NCBI GenBank assembly: GCA_018056375.1
Contig: JAGPFQ010000001.1
Coordinates: 360,340-424,339, forward strand
Source: Candidatus Dojkabacteria bacterium
GTDB taxonomy: Bacteria > Patescibacteriota > Dojkabacteria > SC72
DNA length: 64,000 nt
Direction: 5' to 3'
Position 1 is the first letter of the stretch. Every line of letters starts with the position of its first letter. The translations under genes and the position numbers were made by a program. The notes beneath the pieces are model-generated. The model saw nothing but the letters and a program-made list of their open reading frames with translations. It had not been told where the DNA came from and did no database searches. Shown in pieces: positions 47,413 to 56,620 of the stretch.

Positions 47413-49290
47413 CTATTCTCTTCTTAATCTAAAATCTTCATGTTTGTAAGATAAATTAACATTATAAAAAGGATCATGTCCTCCTTTTTCAAATATATAT
47501 TGTGGCCATTTCTTTCTTAATTTCTCTGCATTAACTGTATCCTTCTCTAATTTTTCTTTGTTCTTACTATCAAATCTAGTCACAGATTCATAATGTATGA
47601 GTTCTGTATAAGGGGTATATACATTGAACAAACCTTTCTCATCATACAACCTAATTCCAAAATCTACATCCTGATATGCAGGATCAAACTGTTCATCAAA
47701 ACCTCCCATATCTAAAAACAACTTTCTTCTTACCATCATACAAGCTCCTGTGACCGCTAAATAGTTTCTAACATTAACAACACAACCCTCATAACCAAAC
47801 ACATCTCCATCTAACAACCTATGAGAGTGTGCAGCTGCTCCACCAGCACCTACAATAACTCCTGCATGTTGTATTTTGCCATCAGGATAGTAAAGTTTAG
47901 CTCCTACACTACCAACCTCTGGCAACTGAGCCCACTCCAACATACTCTCCAACCAACCATCATTAAGAACCTTAACATCGTTATTAAGTACCAACATATA
48001 TTCTCCATCAACTTGAGTAGCTGCCCAGTTATACAACTTACCAAAATGAAATGGTTTATCATATTTCAAAACCTTAACACCTTTCTCTTTAATCTCTTCA
48101 AAATACTCCTTTGTTTCTTCCTCTTCACTCCTGTTATCCACTATAACTATTTCATAATTATCATACTTTGTATGTTCCCAAATACTATCAATTGCCCTCT
48201 CTAAGTAATCCTTCTTGTCCTTAGTTGGTATTACAATACTAACCTTAGGATTACCGATAATATCAAACTTAATTCTCCAAGCTCCTTCAAAAGAACCTTC
48301 TAGCACCTCTCCCTTTAATTTTCTTCTCTCAAGATATCTCTCTAGTACTGCTCTCTGATTCTCGTATGCCCAACTCTTAGCACCACTACCTGCTAAAGCA
48401 GTAGAACCTGGATATACCCTCCAATGGTAGAGTATCTTAGGAATATGTAAAACCTTCCAATTCCCTCTTGTAAGATATCTCATTACTAAATCCCAATCCT
48501 GTGCACCCTCAGTACCCTTAATAAGTCCTCCTAACTCTTCTACTACATCTCTGGCATAACAAGTAACATGAGTTGTATACATCTGTGCTGTAAGTGTATG
48601 TGGAGACCAATCAGGCCAAAAAGAAGGGTCAAACCTTTTACCATTTTCATCAATCTTATCAAAATCACTGTACATGAATTCTACTTCAGGATGTTTTTCA
48701 ATACCCTTAGCTAACTCCAACAAACAATTCTTAGATATCTCATCATCACAATCCATAAAGACAACATACTCTCCAGTTGCCAAACTCAATGCATTATTAC
48801 TATTCTCAATGATATTAATCCCTTCAATATCAATCGTAGAAAACTTAACCTTCTTACCATACTTCTTAGCAAAGTTCTTAAGAAACTCTCTAGTTTCTTT
48901 AACATTCTTACTAGAACCATCGGATATACATATCTCCCAATTCTCATATACCTGTGAAGTAATTGAATCCAAAGCAGCTTGTAACATCTCTTCAGACTTA
49001 TTCCACACAGGAAATACTATTGAAAACTTAGGATTAACCTTAAGTTTCTTTAAATCACTCTTCATTGATTCTTCGTTGAGATACTCACTCTCTACATTCT
49101 CCATCCATTCCCCATACGATATTCTCATTAGCTTAGAACCATCTCCACCAGTTATTACAAATCTCCAAATCTTTTTTAATATTCTCTTGAAGGTATTTAA
49201 AATACCATGCTTTTTAAAAGAGGTAATTAGTTGTTTGAAATATATTGGTATTCTACTAACTATTCTTTGAAACAGTTCTATTATCTTCAT
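47413..49290 (-). CDS. Tandem-domain GT2 glycosyltransferase (two GT-A domains)
   Basis: Domain 1 FSIVFPVWNKSEEMLQAALDSITSQVYENWEICISDGSS...DCDD; domain 2 VSIVIPTKDKKDYLERAIDSIWEHTKYDNYEIVIVDNRS. Confidence 0.8.
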   Translation of the reverse strand: MKIIELFQRIVSRIPIYFKQLITSFKKHGILNTFKRILKKIWRFVITGGDGSKLMRISYGEWMENVESEYLNEESMKSDLKKLKVNPKFSIVFPVWNKSEEMLQAALDSITSQVYENWEICISDGSSKNVKETREFLKNFAKKYGKKVKFSTIDIEGINIIENSNNALSLATGEYVVFMDCDDEISKNCLLELAKGIEKHPEVEFMYSDFDKIDENGKRFDPSFWPDWSPHTLTAQMYTTHVTCYARDVVEELGGLIKGTEGAQDWDLVMRYLTRGNWKVLHIPKILYHWRVYPGSTALAGSGAKSWAYENQRAVLERYLERRKLKGEVLEGSFEGAWRIKFDIIGNPKVSIVIPTKDKKDYLERAIDSIWEHTKYDNYEIVIVDNRSEEEETKEYFEEIKEKGVKVLKYDKPFHFGKLYNWAATQVDGEYMLVLNNDVKVLNDGWLESMLEWAQLPEVGSVGAKLYYPDGKIQHAGVIVGAGGAAAHSHRLLDGDVFGYEGCVVNVRNYLAVTGACMMVRRKLFLDMGGFDEQFDPAYQDVDFGIRLYDEKGLFNVYTPYTELIHYESVTRFDSKNKEKLEKDTVNAEKLRKKWPQYIFEKGGHDPFYNVNLSYKHEDFRLRRE

Positions 49291-49305
49291 ATATTTACTA
49301 GTAAG

Positions 49306-50526
49306 CTATTCTTCTAAAAGAAAGTCTATAATATTCTTGAACTTAATACCATTCTCTGACATTACAAAATTCACATCCATTGAAAGAACAACTTTCTCAT
49401 AATGGTCTTTAATACTCTGTAATGCAGACATCTCTCTCTCTTTTACACTTTTATCCAACAGTGATTCTGTAACTTGGAAATATATTTTCTCATCAGGTTT
49501 AGTTGCAACAAAATCGACTTCTTTACTACCAACTTTACCTATGGAAACTTTGTATCCTCTTCTAAGAAGTTCTAGATATACTACATTTTCTAATATATGC
49601 CCTCTATCTACATCTCTATATCCCAACAACATATTCCTTATACCAGTATCTACTATGTAATATTTTTGTAATGTTTTTAAGTATTCTTTTCCTTTAATAT
49701 CATAACGAGAGACAGGGTAGAAAATGAAAGCCTTTTCCAATGCTGATATGTAACTAAGAACAGTAGAGTGTCCAGTCCCCTTCTTTTCATCTTCAACATA
49801 TTCTTTGTTACTGGAAAGATAGTTGGATATATTCCTAGCTGAAATGAAACTACCTATGTTATCAGAAAGGTACAATACTATATTTCTAAGAAGTTTCTCA
49901 TTTCCAAAGTTATTCCTCTCTATTACATCCTTTAACATGGCAGTTGAATATATACCCTCCAACATTGTATATGTTCCAACTTCATTAAACTCATACTCAC
50001 TAACTGCAGGCATACCACCATACTTTAGAAAAAGATCAAAATTCTCTCTACTACTTTCTAAGTTATTAAAATCTAAGAACTCTTTGTATGACAATGGTAA
50101 CATTTTTATCTCAACATACCTTCCAGAAAGAAATGTAGAAAGCTCTGATGAGAGTAGATATGCATTAGAACCAGTTATGTATATATCTACATCTGAATCT
50201 ATATTCAAAGAGTTTACAGCTTTTTCCCAATTTTTCACTACCTGTATTTCATCGAGAAGAAGATAGACTGTTCCTTTTGTTTTCTTTATTCTTTCTTTAA
50301 TGTAATCATACAAATCAGTACTATCAACAATATTTCTAAACTCTTCTAATTCAAAATTTATTTGAACTATATTCTTTGCATCTGCATTACATTCTTTTAG
50401 TAAATATTCTTTAAAAAGTTCTAATAATGCTGATTTACCACACCTTCTAACACCAGTTATTACCTTAATCTGGCTTTTATCTTTAAATACTATTAGTTTT
50501 TTAAGATATTCATCTCTATTTTTCAT
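49306..50526 (-). CDS. AAA+ ATPase of the AAA_14/DUF4143 family
   Basis: Walker A ITGVRRCGKSALL; Walker B YLLLDEIQ; ~400 aa with C-terminal DUF4143-like region (restriction-endonuclease-like fold in homologues). Confidence 0.75.
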   Translation of the reverse strand: MKNRDEYLKKLIVFKDKSQIKVITGVRRCGKSALLELFKEYLLKECNADAKNIVQINFELEEFRNIVDSTDLYDYIKERIKKTKGTVYLLLDEIQVVKNWEKAVNSLNIDSDVDIYITGSNAYLLSSELSTFLSGRYVEIKMLPLSYKEFLDFNNLESSRENFDLFLKYGGMPAVSEYEFNEVGTYTMLEGIYSTAMLKDVIERNNFGNEKLLRNIVLYLSDNIGSFISARNISNYLSSNKEYVEDEKKGTGHSTVLSYISALEKAFIFYPVSRYDIKGKEYLKTLQKYYIVDTGIRNMLLGYRDVDRGHILENVVYLELLRRGYKVSIGKVGSKEVDFVATKPDEKIYFQVTESLLDKSVKEREMSALQSIKDHYEKVVLSMDVNFVMSENGIKFKNIIDFLLEE

Positions 50527-50561
50527 ACTGTATTATACAAAAAAATGAAAAATACGTCAAC

Positions 50562-50627
50562 AGTTTGGCGTACACACAAGCCAAACTCTTCATTTTTATA
50601 CACTTTGGCTTACACGCAAGCCAAACT
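50562..50627. promoter_or_regulatory. Two tandem, near-identical hairpins AGTTTGGC-N10-GCCAAACT (50562-50587) and ACTTTGGC-N10-GCCAAACT (50602-50627), between the ABC-ATPase stop and the AAA+ ATPase start
   Basis: Read directly; the second is followed by TTTTAAAA on the plus strand. Confidence 0.5.
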
Positions 50628-50628
50628 T

Positions 50629-51363
50629 TTAAAATGTAGCACTATATCTATCAACAATATCATTAGGCTCCCCTATCTCATATGTCTTGTCTTCCTTCAA
50701 CCAAAGTACTCTATCGGAATATCTTCTTACACTCTCTAACCCATGAGATACAAAGAGTATTGTCTTCTTACCAACAATATCATCAAAATATGCAAAACAC
50801 TTCTTTTGAAACTCTCCATCACCTACTGCTAGTACTTCATCAAGAACTAAAATATCTGATTTAACTCTAATTGCAATTGAGAAAGCTAATCTAACTTGCA
50901 TACCAGATGAGAATTTCTTAATGGAAAGGTCTTCAAACTCCTTGAGTTCTGCAAAATCAAATATATCATCTACACTCTCATTAATTTCCTTCTCAGTAAG
51001 ACCAAGAATTGTACCATTAAGATATACATTCTCCTTTGCACTAAGGTCAGGATTAAAACCAACTCCTAATTCCAAGAAAGGAACAAGCTTGCCATTAACA
51101 TCTATCGTACCCCCATCAGGAATGTAGATACCTGATATTAACTTTAACAGTGTAGACTTACCAGCACCATTAGGACCAATTACACTAAAGAACTCTCCTT
51201 TCTTAACATCAAAAGAGAGATCTTTAAGAGCAACAAAGTCAATCATCTTCTTCTTTGCAAAAGGATTTACAAATCTCTCTTGCAAAGTAGTAGGAGAACC
51301 ATGTTCTGGTATTCTAAATCTCTTTGTTAAATTTGTTACTTTTATTGCTAAATTATCTTCCAT
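50629..51363 (-). CDS. ABC transporter ATP-binding protein (ABC-2 polysaccharide/teichoic-acid exporter type, Wzt/TagH-like)
   Basis: Walker A GPNGAGKST; signature FSSGMQVRLAFSIA; Walker B ILVLDE. Confidence 0.9.
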   Translation of the reverse strand: MEDNLAIKVTNLTKRFRIPEHGSPTTLQERFVNPFAKKKMIDFVALKDLSFDVKKGEFFSVIGPNGAGKSTLLKLISGIYIPDGGTIDVNGKLVPFLELGVGFNPDLSAKENVYLNGTILGLTEKEINESVDDIFDFAELKEFEDLSIKKFSSGMQVRLAFSIAIRVKSDILVLDEVLAVGDGEFQKKCFAYFDDIVGKKTILFVSHGLESVRRYSDRVLWLKEDKTYEIGEPNDIVDRYSATF

Positions 51364-51367
51364 ATTT

Positions 51368-52141
51368 TTAAAAATGTTCAGCTACTTTTTTAATATGTTT
51401 GTTAAAATATATTTTTCCAAGAATTACTAAAACAATGGAAATAGCTAGAGCTAGGAGTACAAATTTTAAATCTGTAACTTCTCCAAATATTAATGCTTCT
51501 CTTACAGCTTTTACAAATCTTGCCATTGGATTGTAGTAGACAATGAATCTGTACTTCTCTGGAATCATCTCAACTGGAAAAAATACTGCACTAGCATAGA
51601 AGAGAAGTTGTAAAACAAGCTCCATAATATGTTGCAAGTCTCTTACATGAACAAGCCATATACTGGTAAAGAAGGAGACACCGTAAAGAGATAGAAACAT
51701 GGTAAGACCTATGAGAAAAACATATGCAAGGCCAATTAGACTGATATTGATTTTCAGTATTAATGCCACTACAAGTACAATTAGAAGATTAATCGAAAAG
51801 TTGATGAGTGCCATACTTAGAGAGCTAGCAACTACTACATCTCTTTTGAAGTTGATTTTAACAATCAACTGAGCTCTTTCCATTATTGAGCCCATACCCC
51901 AAATCATACCTTCATTAAAGAATGTGTATACTATTAATCCTGAAAGAAGATAGACTGCATACTGTTGCTGTGTAAGACCTCCAACTGCTGATGCTGTATG
52001 TGAGAAGATTAGAAAGAGAATGAGGAACATGAAGAAAGGTTTAAGAAGAACCCAGAAGAAACCTAAGATAGAGCCTTTGTATCTCATCTTGAAAGTTGTT
52101 TTTACAAATTGTTTGTAAAGGTCTAAATCATTCTTGTCCAT
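51368..52141 (-). CDS. ABC-2 type transporter permease (Wzm/TagG-like)
   Basis: 6 TM helices, 257 aa, immediately upstream of the ATPase. Confidence 0.8.
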   Translation of the reverse strand: MDKNDLDLYKQFVKTTFKMRYKGSILGFFWVLLKPFFMFLILFLIFSHTASAVGGLTQQQYAVYLLSGLIVYTFFNEGMIWGMGSIMERAQLIVKINFKRDVVVASSLSMALINFSINLLIVLVVALILKINISLIGLAYVFLIGLTMFLSLYGVSFFTSIWLVHVRDLQHIMELVLQLLFYASAVFFPVEMIPEKYRFIVYYNPMARFVKAVREALIFGEVTDLKFVLLALAISIVLVILGKIYFNKHIKKVAEHF

Positions 52142-53010
52142 TATTTCTCCTTTAAAAATTCTTTTAAAGTAATTCTCCTAGAGTATATCATTTTCCATAC
52201 TAACCAGTTAAAAAGATACCAGATTGTCTCCCATATTGCCACCCATAATCCTTTTCTACTCTGGATACTCCTAAATCTATTCTGCATATTCATGATGTTC
52301 CTCTTTCTAGTACCTAAACTTTTAGAAGATGCCATATGGTCATGATATACCTCTGATGTCCCTACGTAGTAAAGTTTATACCCTAAATCCCTAATCCTAA
52401 GTGAAAGATCGATGTCCTCATAGTACAGAAACATACTAGGATTGAAGCCTCCTACTTTTTCAAATACTTCTCTTTTAACTAAAAATGCTCCTCCCATTAA
52501 TGCATCAACCTCCTCTACGACATTGTATTTAGGTTTATCTTCTTCCTTGTCATATCTATCATACGCCATGTAATGTTCATCAACCTCTATTCCTGCAGAA
52601 TTAATAATTCTCATCTCACTTCCTATTCTTTCTTTAGAATACAAAACCTTCGGACCAACTGCTCCTACATTTTCTTTTTGTAGTTCTTTGACTAGATTGT
52701 CTAAAAATCCTTTGGGTACAGAGATATCATTGTTTAGGAAAAGATATGCATCATAGTTGGGATACTCCTTAACACCCAAATTATTTCCTCTACCAAAACC
52801 TAAGTTCTCTCTACTCTCAACTATCTTTACAGAAGGGAATTCTTTTTTAAGATATTCAATACTACCATCTACAGATGCATTATCAACTACAACAACATCA
52901 AAATCTTCATATCCATTCTTCACAACAGAGAGAAGATTCTTCTCTAGAAGGTGCTTTCCATTGTAGTTTACTATGACTATTAGTATTTTCATTGACCCAT
53001 TATACCCCAA
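52141..53010 (-). CDS. GT2 glycosyltransferase
   Basis: MKILIVIVNYNGKHLLEKNL...DVVVVDNASVDGS...; DxD-like YLFLNNDI. Confidence 0.85.
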   Translation of the reverse strand: MGYNGSMKILIVIVNYNGKHLLEKNLLSVVKNGYEDFDVVVVDNASVDGSIEYLKKEFPSVKIVESRENLGFGRGNNLGVKEYPNYDAYLFLNNDISVPKGFLDNLVKELQKENVGAVGPKVLYSKERIGSEMRIINSAGIEVDEHYMAYDRYDKEEDKPKYNVVEEVDALMGGAFLVKREVFEKVGGFNPSMFLYYEDIDLSLRIRDLGYKLYYVGTSEVYHDHMASSKSLGTRKRNIMNMQNRFRSIQSRKGLWVAIWETIWYLFNWLVWKMIYSRRITLKEFLKEK

Positions 53011-53076
53011 ATACTTATCAAAACAATTAAAACTTGTTAAAATTAAGATGTATTTAATTTTTTATTTAAAGTATTA

Positions 53077-54243
53077 ATGAAGAAAAGATTTTCTTTGTTA
53101 GTCCCAATACTGACAATGTTCTTGATCTTCGGAGTGTTTGCACCTAAGAGAGCAGATGCTGCAGAGTTTTCCTTCGAGAAAGAATTTGTTCTAGAACAGG
53201 AAGAGAGTGTTGAGGACAATCTTTACATCTTCTCAGACAGTGCAGATATTGCAGGAAAAGTAAATGGAGACCTTTTTGTCTTCTCTAAGAAGATAAAGGT
53301 GAATGGACATGTAACAGGTAACCTTTATACCTTTTCTAATACTGTGGAATTAGGTAAAGAGTCTAGAGTTCTCGGTGACCTATATGTTTTTGCATATGAT
53401 GTAAAGATGGATGGTGAGGTCTCAGGTAAGGCAACGGTCTTTAGCTACATCCAGAAACATACTGGATCTACTTTTAAAGATTTAAATGCCTTTACTGCTC
53501 AGAGTTTAATCTCTGGGAACGTAGGAGAGGATTTAAGGGTCCTATCAAGCAAAGTAGATGTTAGTGCCCAAATTGCTGGCGAGGCATTAGTACTTGCTGA
53601 GAATTATAATATCGATGAAGAGAAGGTAGGAAAAAAAATCTATGATGCTACAAAAATTGACGAGATTGCAAAAGACCAAGGTTTCGATGTAAGGAAAAGC
53701 GCCAAACAACCTTCTCAAAAAGAGAAGTGTTTAAAGAAATTTAAAAATACAGTGATTTGTTCTACTGCATTACTCCTGGCAGGTCTTTTCCTAGTCTTCT
53801 TAACACCTGTTAAGACAGGAGCTATTGTAAAGAAAGTTACTGGGTCTACTACTGAGTTTCTAAAGAGTTTCGGTCTAGGAATTGCTGTATTCCTCTGTAC
53901 AGGTATTCCTATTATCGTATTATTAGTTACTGCTATCGGAATACCAGTAGCAATATTACTAATAGCTTTTATTGTATTTGTATGGATTTTCGGTAGAATC
54001 TGGGTTGAGTTAGCCATAGGTTCTGAAATATTGGGTTTGTTTAATGTTAAAGAGTACAGACCTTATAAATCATTACTAGTAGGTAGAGGTTTATCTACAT
54101 TGATTTCATTCATCCCTGTTGTATCTTCTATATACAAAACAGTTTTAGTATGCACTGCTATGGGAGCATTTGTAAGAATGAAAGCAGATGCATTAAAAGT
54201 ACAGAAAGAGATTAGCAAGAAATTAAAGGTAGCAAAGAAGTAA
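53077..54243 (+). CDS. Secreted/membrane protein with bactofilin-like (DUF583-type) beta-helix repeats and four C-terminal TM helices
   Basis: Signal MKKRFSLLVPILTMFLIFGVFAPKRADA; repeats GKVNGDLFVFS / VNGHVTGNLYTFS / VLGDLYVFAY / DGEVSGKATVFS / ISGNVGEDLRVLS / VSAQIAGEALVLA; C-terminal hydrophobic helices. Confidence 0.5.
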   Translation: MKKRFSLLVPILTMFLIFGVFAPKRADAAEFSFEKEFVLEQEESVEDNLYIFSDSADIAGKVNGDLFVFSKKIKVNGHVTGNLYTFSNTVELGKESRVLGDLYVFAYDVKMDGEVSGKATVFSYIQKHTGSTFKDLNAFTAQSLISGNVGEDLRVLSSKVDVSAQIAGEALVLAENYNIDEEKVGKKIYDATKIDEIAKDQGFDVRKSAKQPSQKEKCLKKFKNTVICSTALLLAGLFLVFLTPVKTGAIVKKVTGSTTEFLKSFGLGIAVFLCTGIPIIVLLVTAIGIPVAILLIAFIVFVWIFGRIWVELAIGSEILGLFNVKEYRPYKSLLVGRGLSTLISFIPVVSSIYKTVLVCTAMGAFVRMKADALKVQKEISKKLKVAKK

Positions 54244-54312
54244 GGTTAGGGAAATAGAAAAAAAGGGAGGTAGAAATACCTCCCTTTTTCTTTGTCATGG
54301 TTTTTTAATTAA

Positions 54313-55059
54313 CTATTCCAAGTACATTGCAATTGCTCTTTCGAAGTCTGCAAGAGGATATGCACCTCTAATGAGAACACCATCTACCTTACCATCATCA
54401 CCAATCTTACCAACAACAAACCCTGGTGTACCCTGAACTCCTGCATTTGAACCGTCCTCTTTGTTTGCTGCAAGTATATCTTTTGTCTCTTGACTTGCAA
54501 TACAACTATCATACTCACTTGCTTTCAATCCTGCTTTTTCTGCTTCACTTCTAATCTCTGCATCGCTTGTAATATCAAACATCTTTTCAAAGAATGCTCC
54601 AAACTCATCTCCTTTAACTGATTTAGCAACACACTCAGCTGCAAGAGCAGCATTGTAACTTAAACCGCTATCACTTAATGGAAATGACTTGAAGACATAG
54701 ATAATTTCTCCTTTATCAACATATTTTGTTTTTAATTCAGGATATACTTGCTCTGCATGTCGTTTACAATATCCACACTGGAAATCACTGAATTCAACAA
54801 CTGCAACTTTTGCCTTACTTTTATCTCCTATATATGGAGACTCTCTTAGAACAGTAGAAGCTTTCTCAAATTCTTCAGAAGTTCCTGTATCGCTTGTAAC
54901 TGTTTCTTTACTTGGAGAAGTAGTATCTACTTGATTTGTATCCTTTTTAGTAAAAGTTACTAAGACAGCGATGATTACTCCTACTACTATAATTGCAATT
55001 GGAATTGCAAAAGAGTCCAGATTAATTACTGTCTCTTCATCTTGCTTGGGCTTTGCCAT
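54313..55059 (-). CDS. DsbA-like thiol:disulfide oxidoreductase, membrane-anchored
   Basis: N-terminal TM; thioredoxin CxxC motif FSDFQCGYCKRH. Confidence 0.8.
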   Translation of the reverse strand: MAKPKQDEETVINLDSFAIPIAIIVVGVIIAVLVTFTKKDTNQVDTTSPSKETVTSDTGTSEEFEKASTVLRESPYIGDKSKAKVAVVEFSDFQCGYCKRHAEQVYPELKTKYVDKGEIIYVFKSFPLSDSGLSYNAALAAECVAKSVKGDEFGAFFEKMFDITSDAEIRSEAEKAGLKASEYDSCIASQETKDILAANKEDGSNAGVQGTPGFVVGKIGDDGKVDGVLIRGAYPLADFERAIAMYLE

Positions 55060-55113
55060 AGTTTGTTTTATAATATATTAGATATTTTTGAACAGTCTGA
55101 TATTATATAGTAG

Positions 55114-55977
55114 ATGAGAATTAATTGGAATACAAAAAATATACCTGAGAGGAAACAAGATAGAAGAAACTCTTATTGGGTAAAATTAATCGGTATAGCT
55201 ATTGTTGCTTCTCTTCTGTTTGTATTAGGAAATTCATTGTTAGAGAAAAGGAGAGAACAGAAAGAGAGTAAGGAGAAAGTTGATATTGTAGAAGAACAAA
55301 CAGAGAAGGAAGAAGAAGTTATTGTTAGAGAATACAAAAGGCTGGAGTCTTTCAAAGTTATTGATGGACAGATGGCATACATTGCTACTGAAGAGGGACT
55401 AAGTGAGAAGGATTATCCTAGACCCATTGTTATCTATAATCACGGTTCTACTTTTGTAGTGAATGACAAGGAGGATAATCCCCTACTTGGTGACCTTAGA
55501 TTGTATGCTGACACTTTCGCTAAAAATGGTTTTATCTTTGCAGCTTCTAATGCTCATGGTGATAACTGGGGAAATGCTCAATCTATTGAAGATAACAGGA
55601 AGTTAGTTGAACACATTAAAACAAATTTCCATGGTTCTAAAGATCTCTATCTTTTAGGTTTTAGTATGGGTGGTCTACCTACTATGAATTTTGCTCATGA
55701 GTATCCTGAGAATATTAAGAAGATTGCTCTGTTAGCTCCGACTTCATATGCTTCTAATTGGAACAAGAAGAGGGTTGAGAGAATTATGGATTTAGATATT
55801 AAGATTTGGCATGGTGATAAGGATGTGAATGTACCCTACTCTATGTCTAGAGATTTTGTAGCAAGATTAAAGAAAGAAGGAAAAGAAGTCCCTATTATTA
55901 CATTAGAAGGCAAAGGACATTTTGATATTGATACAGAGTATATTGATAATGTGTTAGAGTTCTTCCAAGAGAAGTAA
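55114..55977 (+). CDS. Alpha/beta-hydrolase fold esterase/peptidase (S9/dienelactone-hydrolase-like), membrane-anchored
   Basis: Nucleophile elbow GFSMGG; downstream D and H candidates (HGDKD...GHFD); N-terminal TM. Confidence 0.7.
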   Translation: MRINWNTKNIPERKQDRRNSYWVKLIGIAIVASLLFVLGNSLLEKRREQKESKEKVDIVEEQTEKEEEVIVREYKRLESFKVIDGQMAYIATEEGLSEKDYPRPIVIYNHGSTFVVNDKEDNPLLGDLRLYADTFAKNGFIFAASNAHGDNWGNAQSIEDNRKLVEHIKTNFHGSKDLYLLGFSMGGLPTMNFAHEYPENIKKIALLAPTSYASNWNKKRVERIMDLDIKIWHGDKDVNVPYSMSRDFVARLKKEGKEVPIITLEGKGHFDIDTEYIDNVLEFFQEK

Positions 55978-56370
55978 TGAGTGAATTTCTTGTAGTTCTT
56001 CTTGTGTAAGTTCTTGTCTAAGATGTTTTTCTGCAGGTATATCTGTATCTTTGTATACTGGTTTTAGGTGTATATGAATATGATGTACTGATTGTCCTGC
56101 TTTTTCTCCACTGTTTTGCTGTAGTATCATACCTTCTGGATTTAATTTTTCTTTAAGAACTTCAGCTATCTTTTTACTCTTTGTTATTAATTTACTAAAT
56201 AGTTCTGTTGGAATATCATAGATATTTTCAAAATGTTCTTTAGGAAGTACTAAGAGATGTCCTTTACTGAAAGGATTGATATCTAACATGGCAAGGATAT
56301 CATCATCTTCATAGACTCTATATGAAGGAATTTCTCCTTTAACTATTTTACAAAAAATACAATTATCCAT
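55954..56370 (-). CDS. HIT-family (histidine triad) nucleotide hydrolase; start taken at MDNCIFCKI (the track ORF extends to 56403)
   Basis: CIFCKIVKGEIPS N-terminus and HIT motif VHHIHIHL. Confidence 0.85.
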   Translation of the reverse strand: MDNCIFCKIVKGEIPSYRVYEDDDILAMLDINPFSKGHLLVLPKEHFENIYDIPTELFSKLITKSKKIAEVLKEKLNPEGMILQQNSGEKAGQSVHHIHIHLKPVYKDTDIPAEKHLRQELTQEELQEIHSLLLLEEL

Positions 56371-56576
56371 TATTCTCTTACCTCTATAGCTGTTGTTGGG
56401 CATGCATTTGCAGCCTGTTTAACCTTTTCCTTAATTGCTTCATCCTCTATTGGTTTACCCTGATATTCTGCTTTAACATCAACAGTACCATCATCTTTCA
56501 TTTCAAAAACTTCTGGACAGAGAGCTACACATGATCCACACATTACACATGCATCTTTTTTAATTGTTACTTCCAT
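56370..56576 (-). CDS. 4Fe-4S single-cluster ferredoxin
   Basis: CVMCGSCVALCP ... ACPTTAI; 68 aa. Confidence 0.8.
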   Translation of the reverse strand: MEVTIKKDACVMCGSCVALCPEVFEMKDDGTVDVKAEYQGKPIEDEAIKEKVKQAANACPTTAIEVRE

Positions 56577-56620
56577 TTTTATATTTATTTATATTAAATA
56601 CTTTTAAAGAATACACTGTT

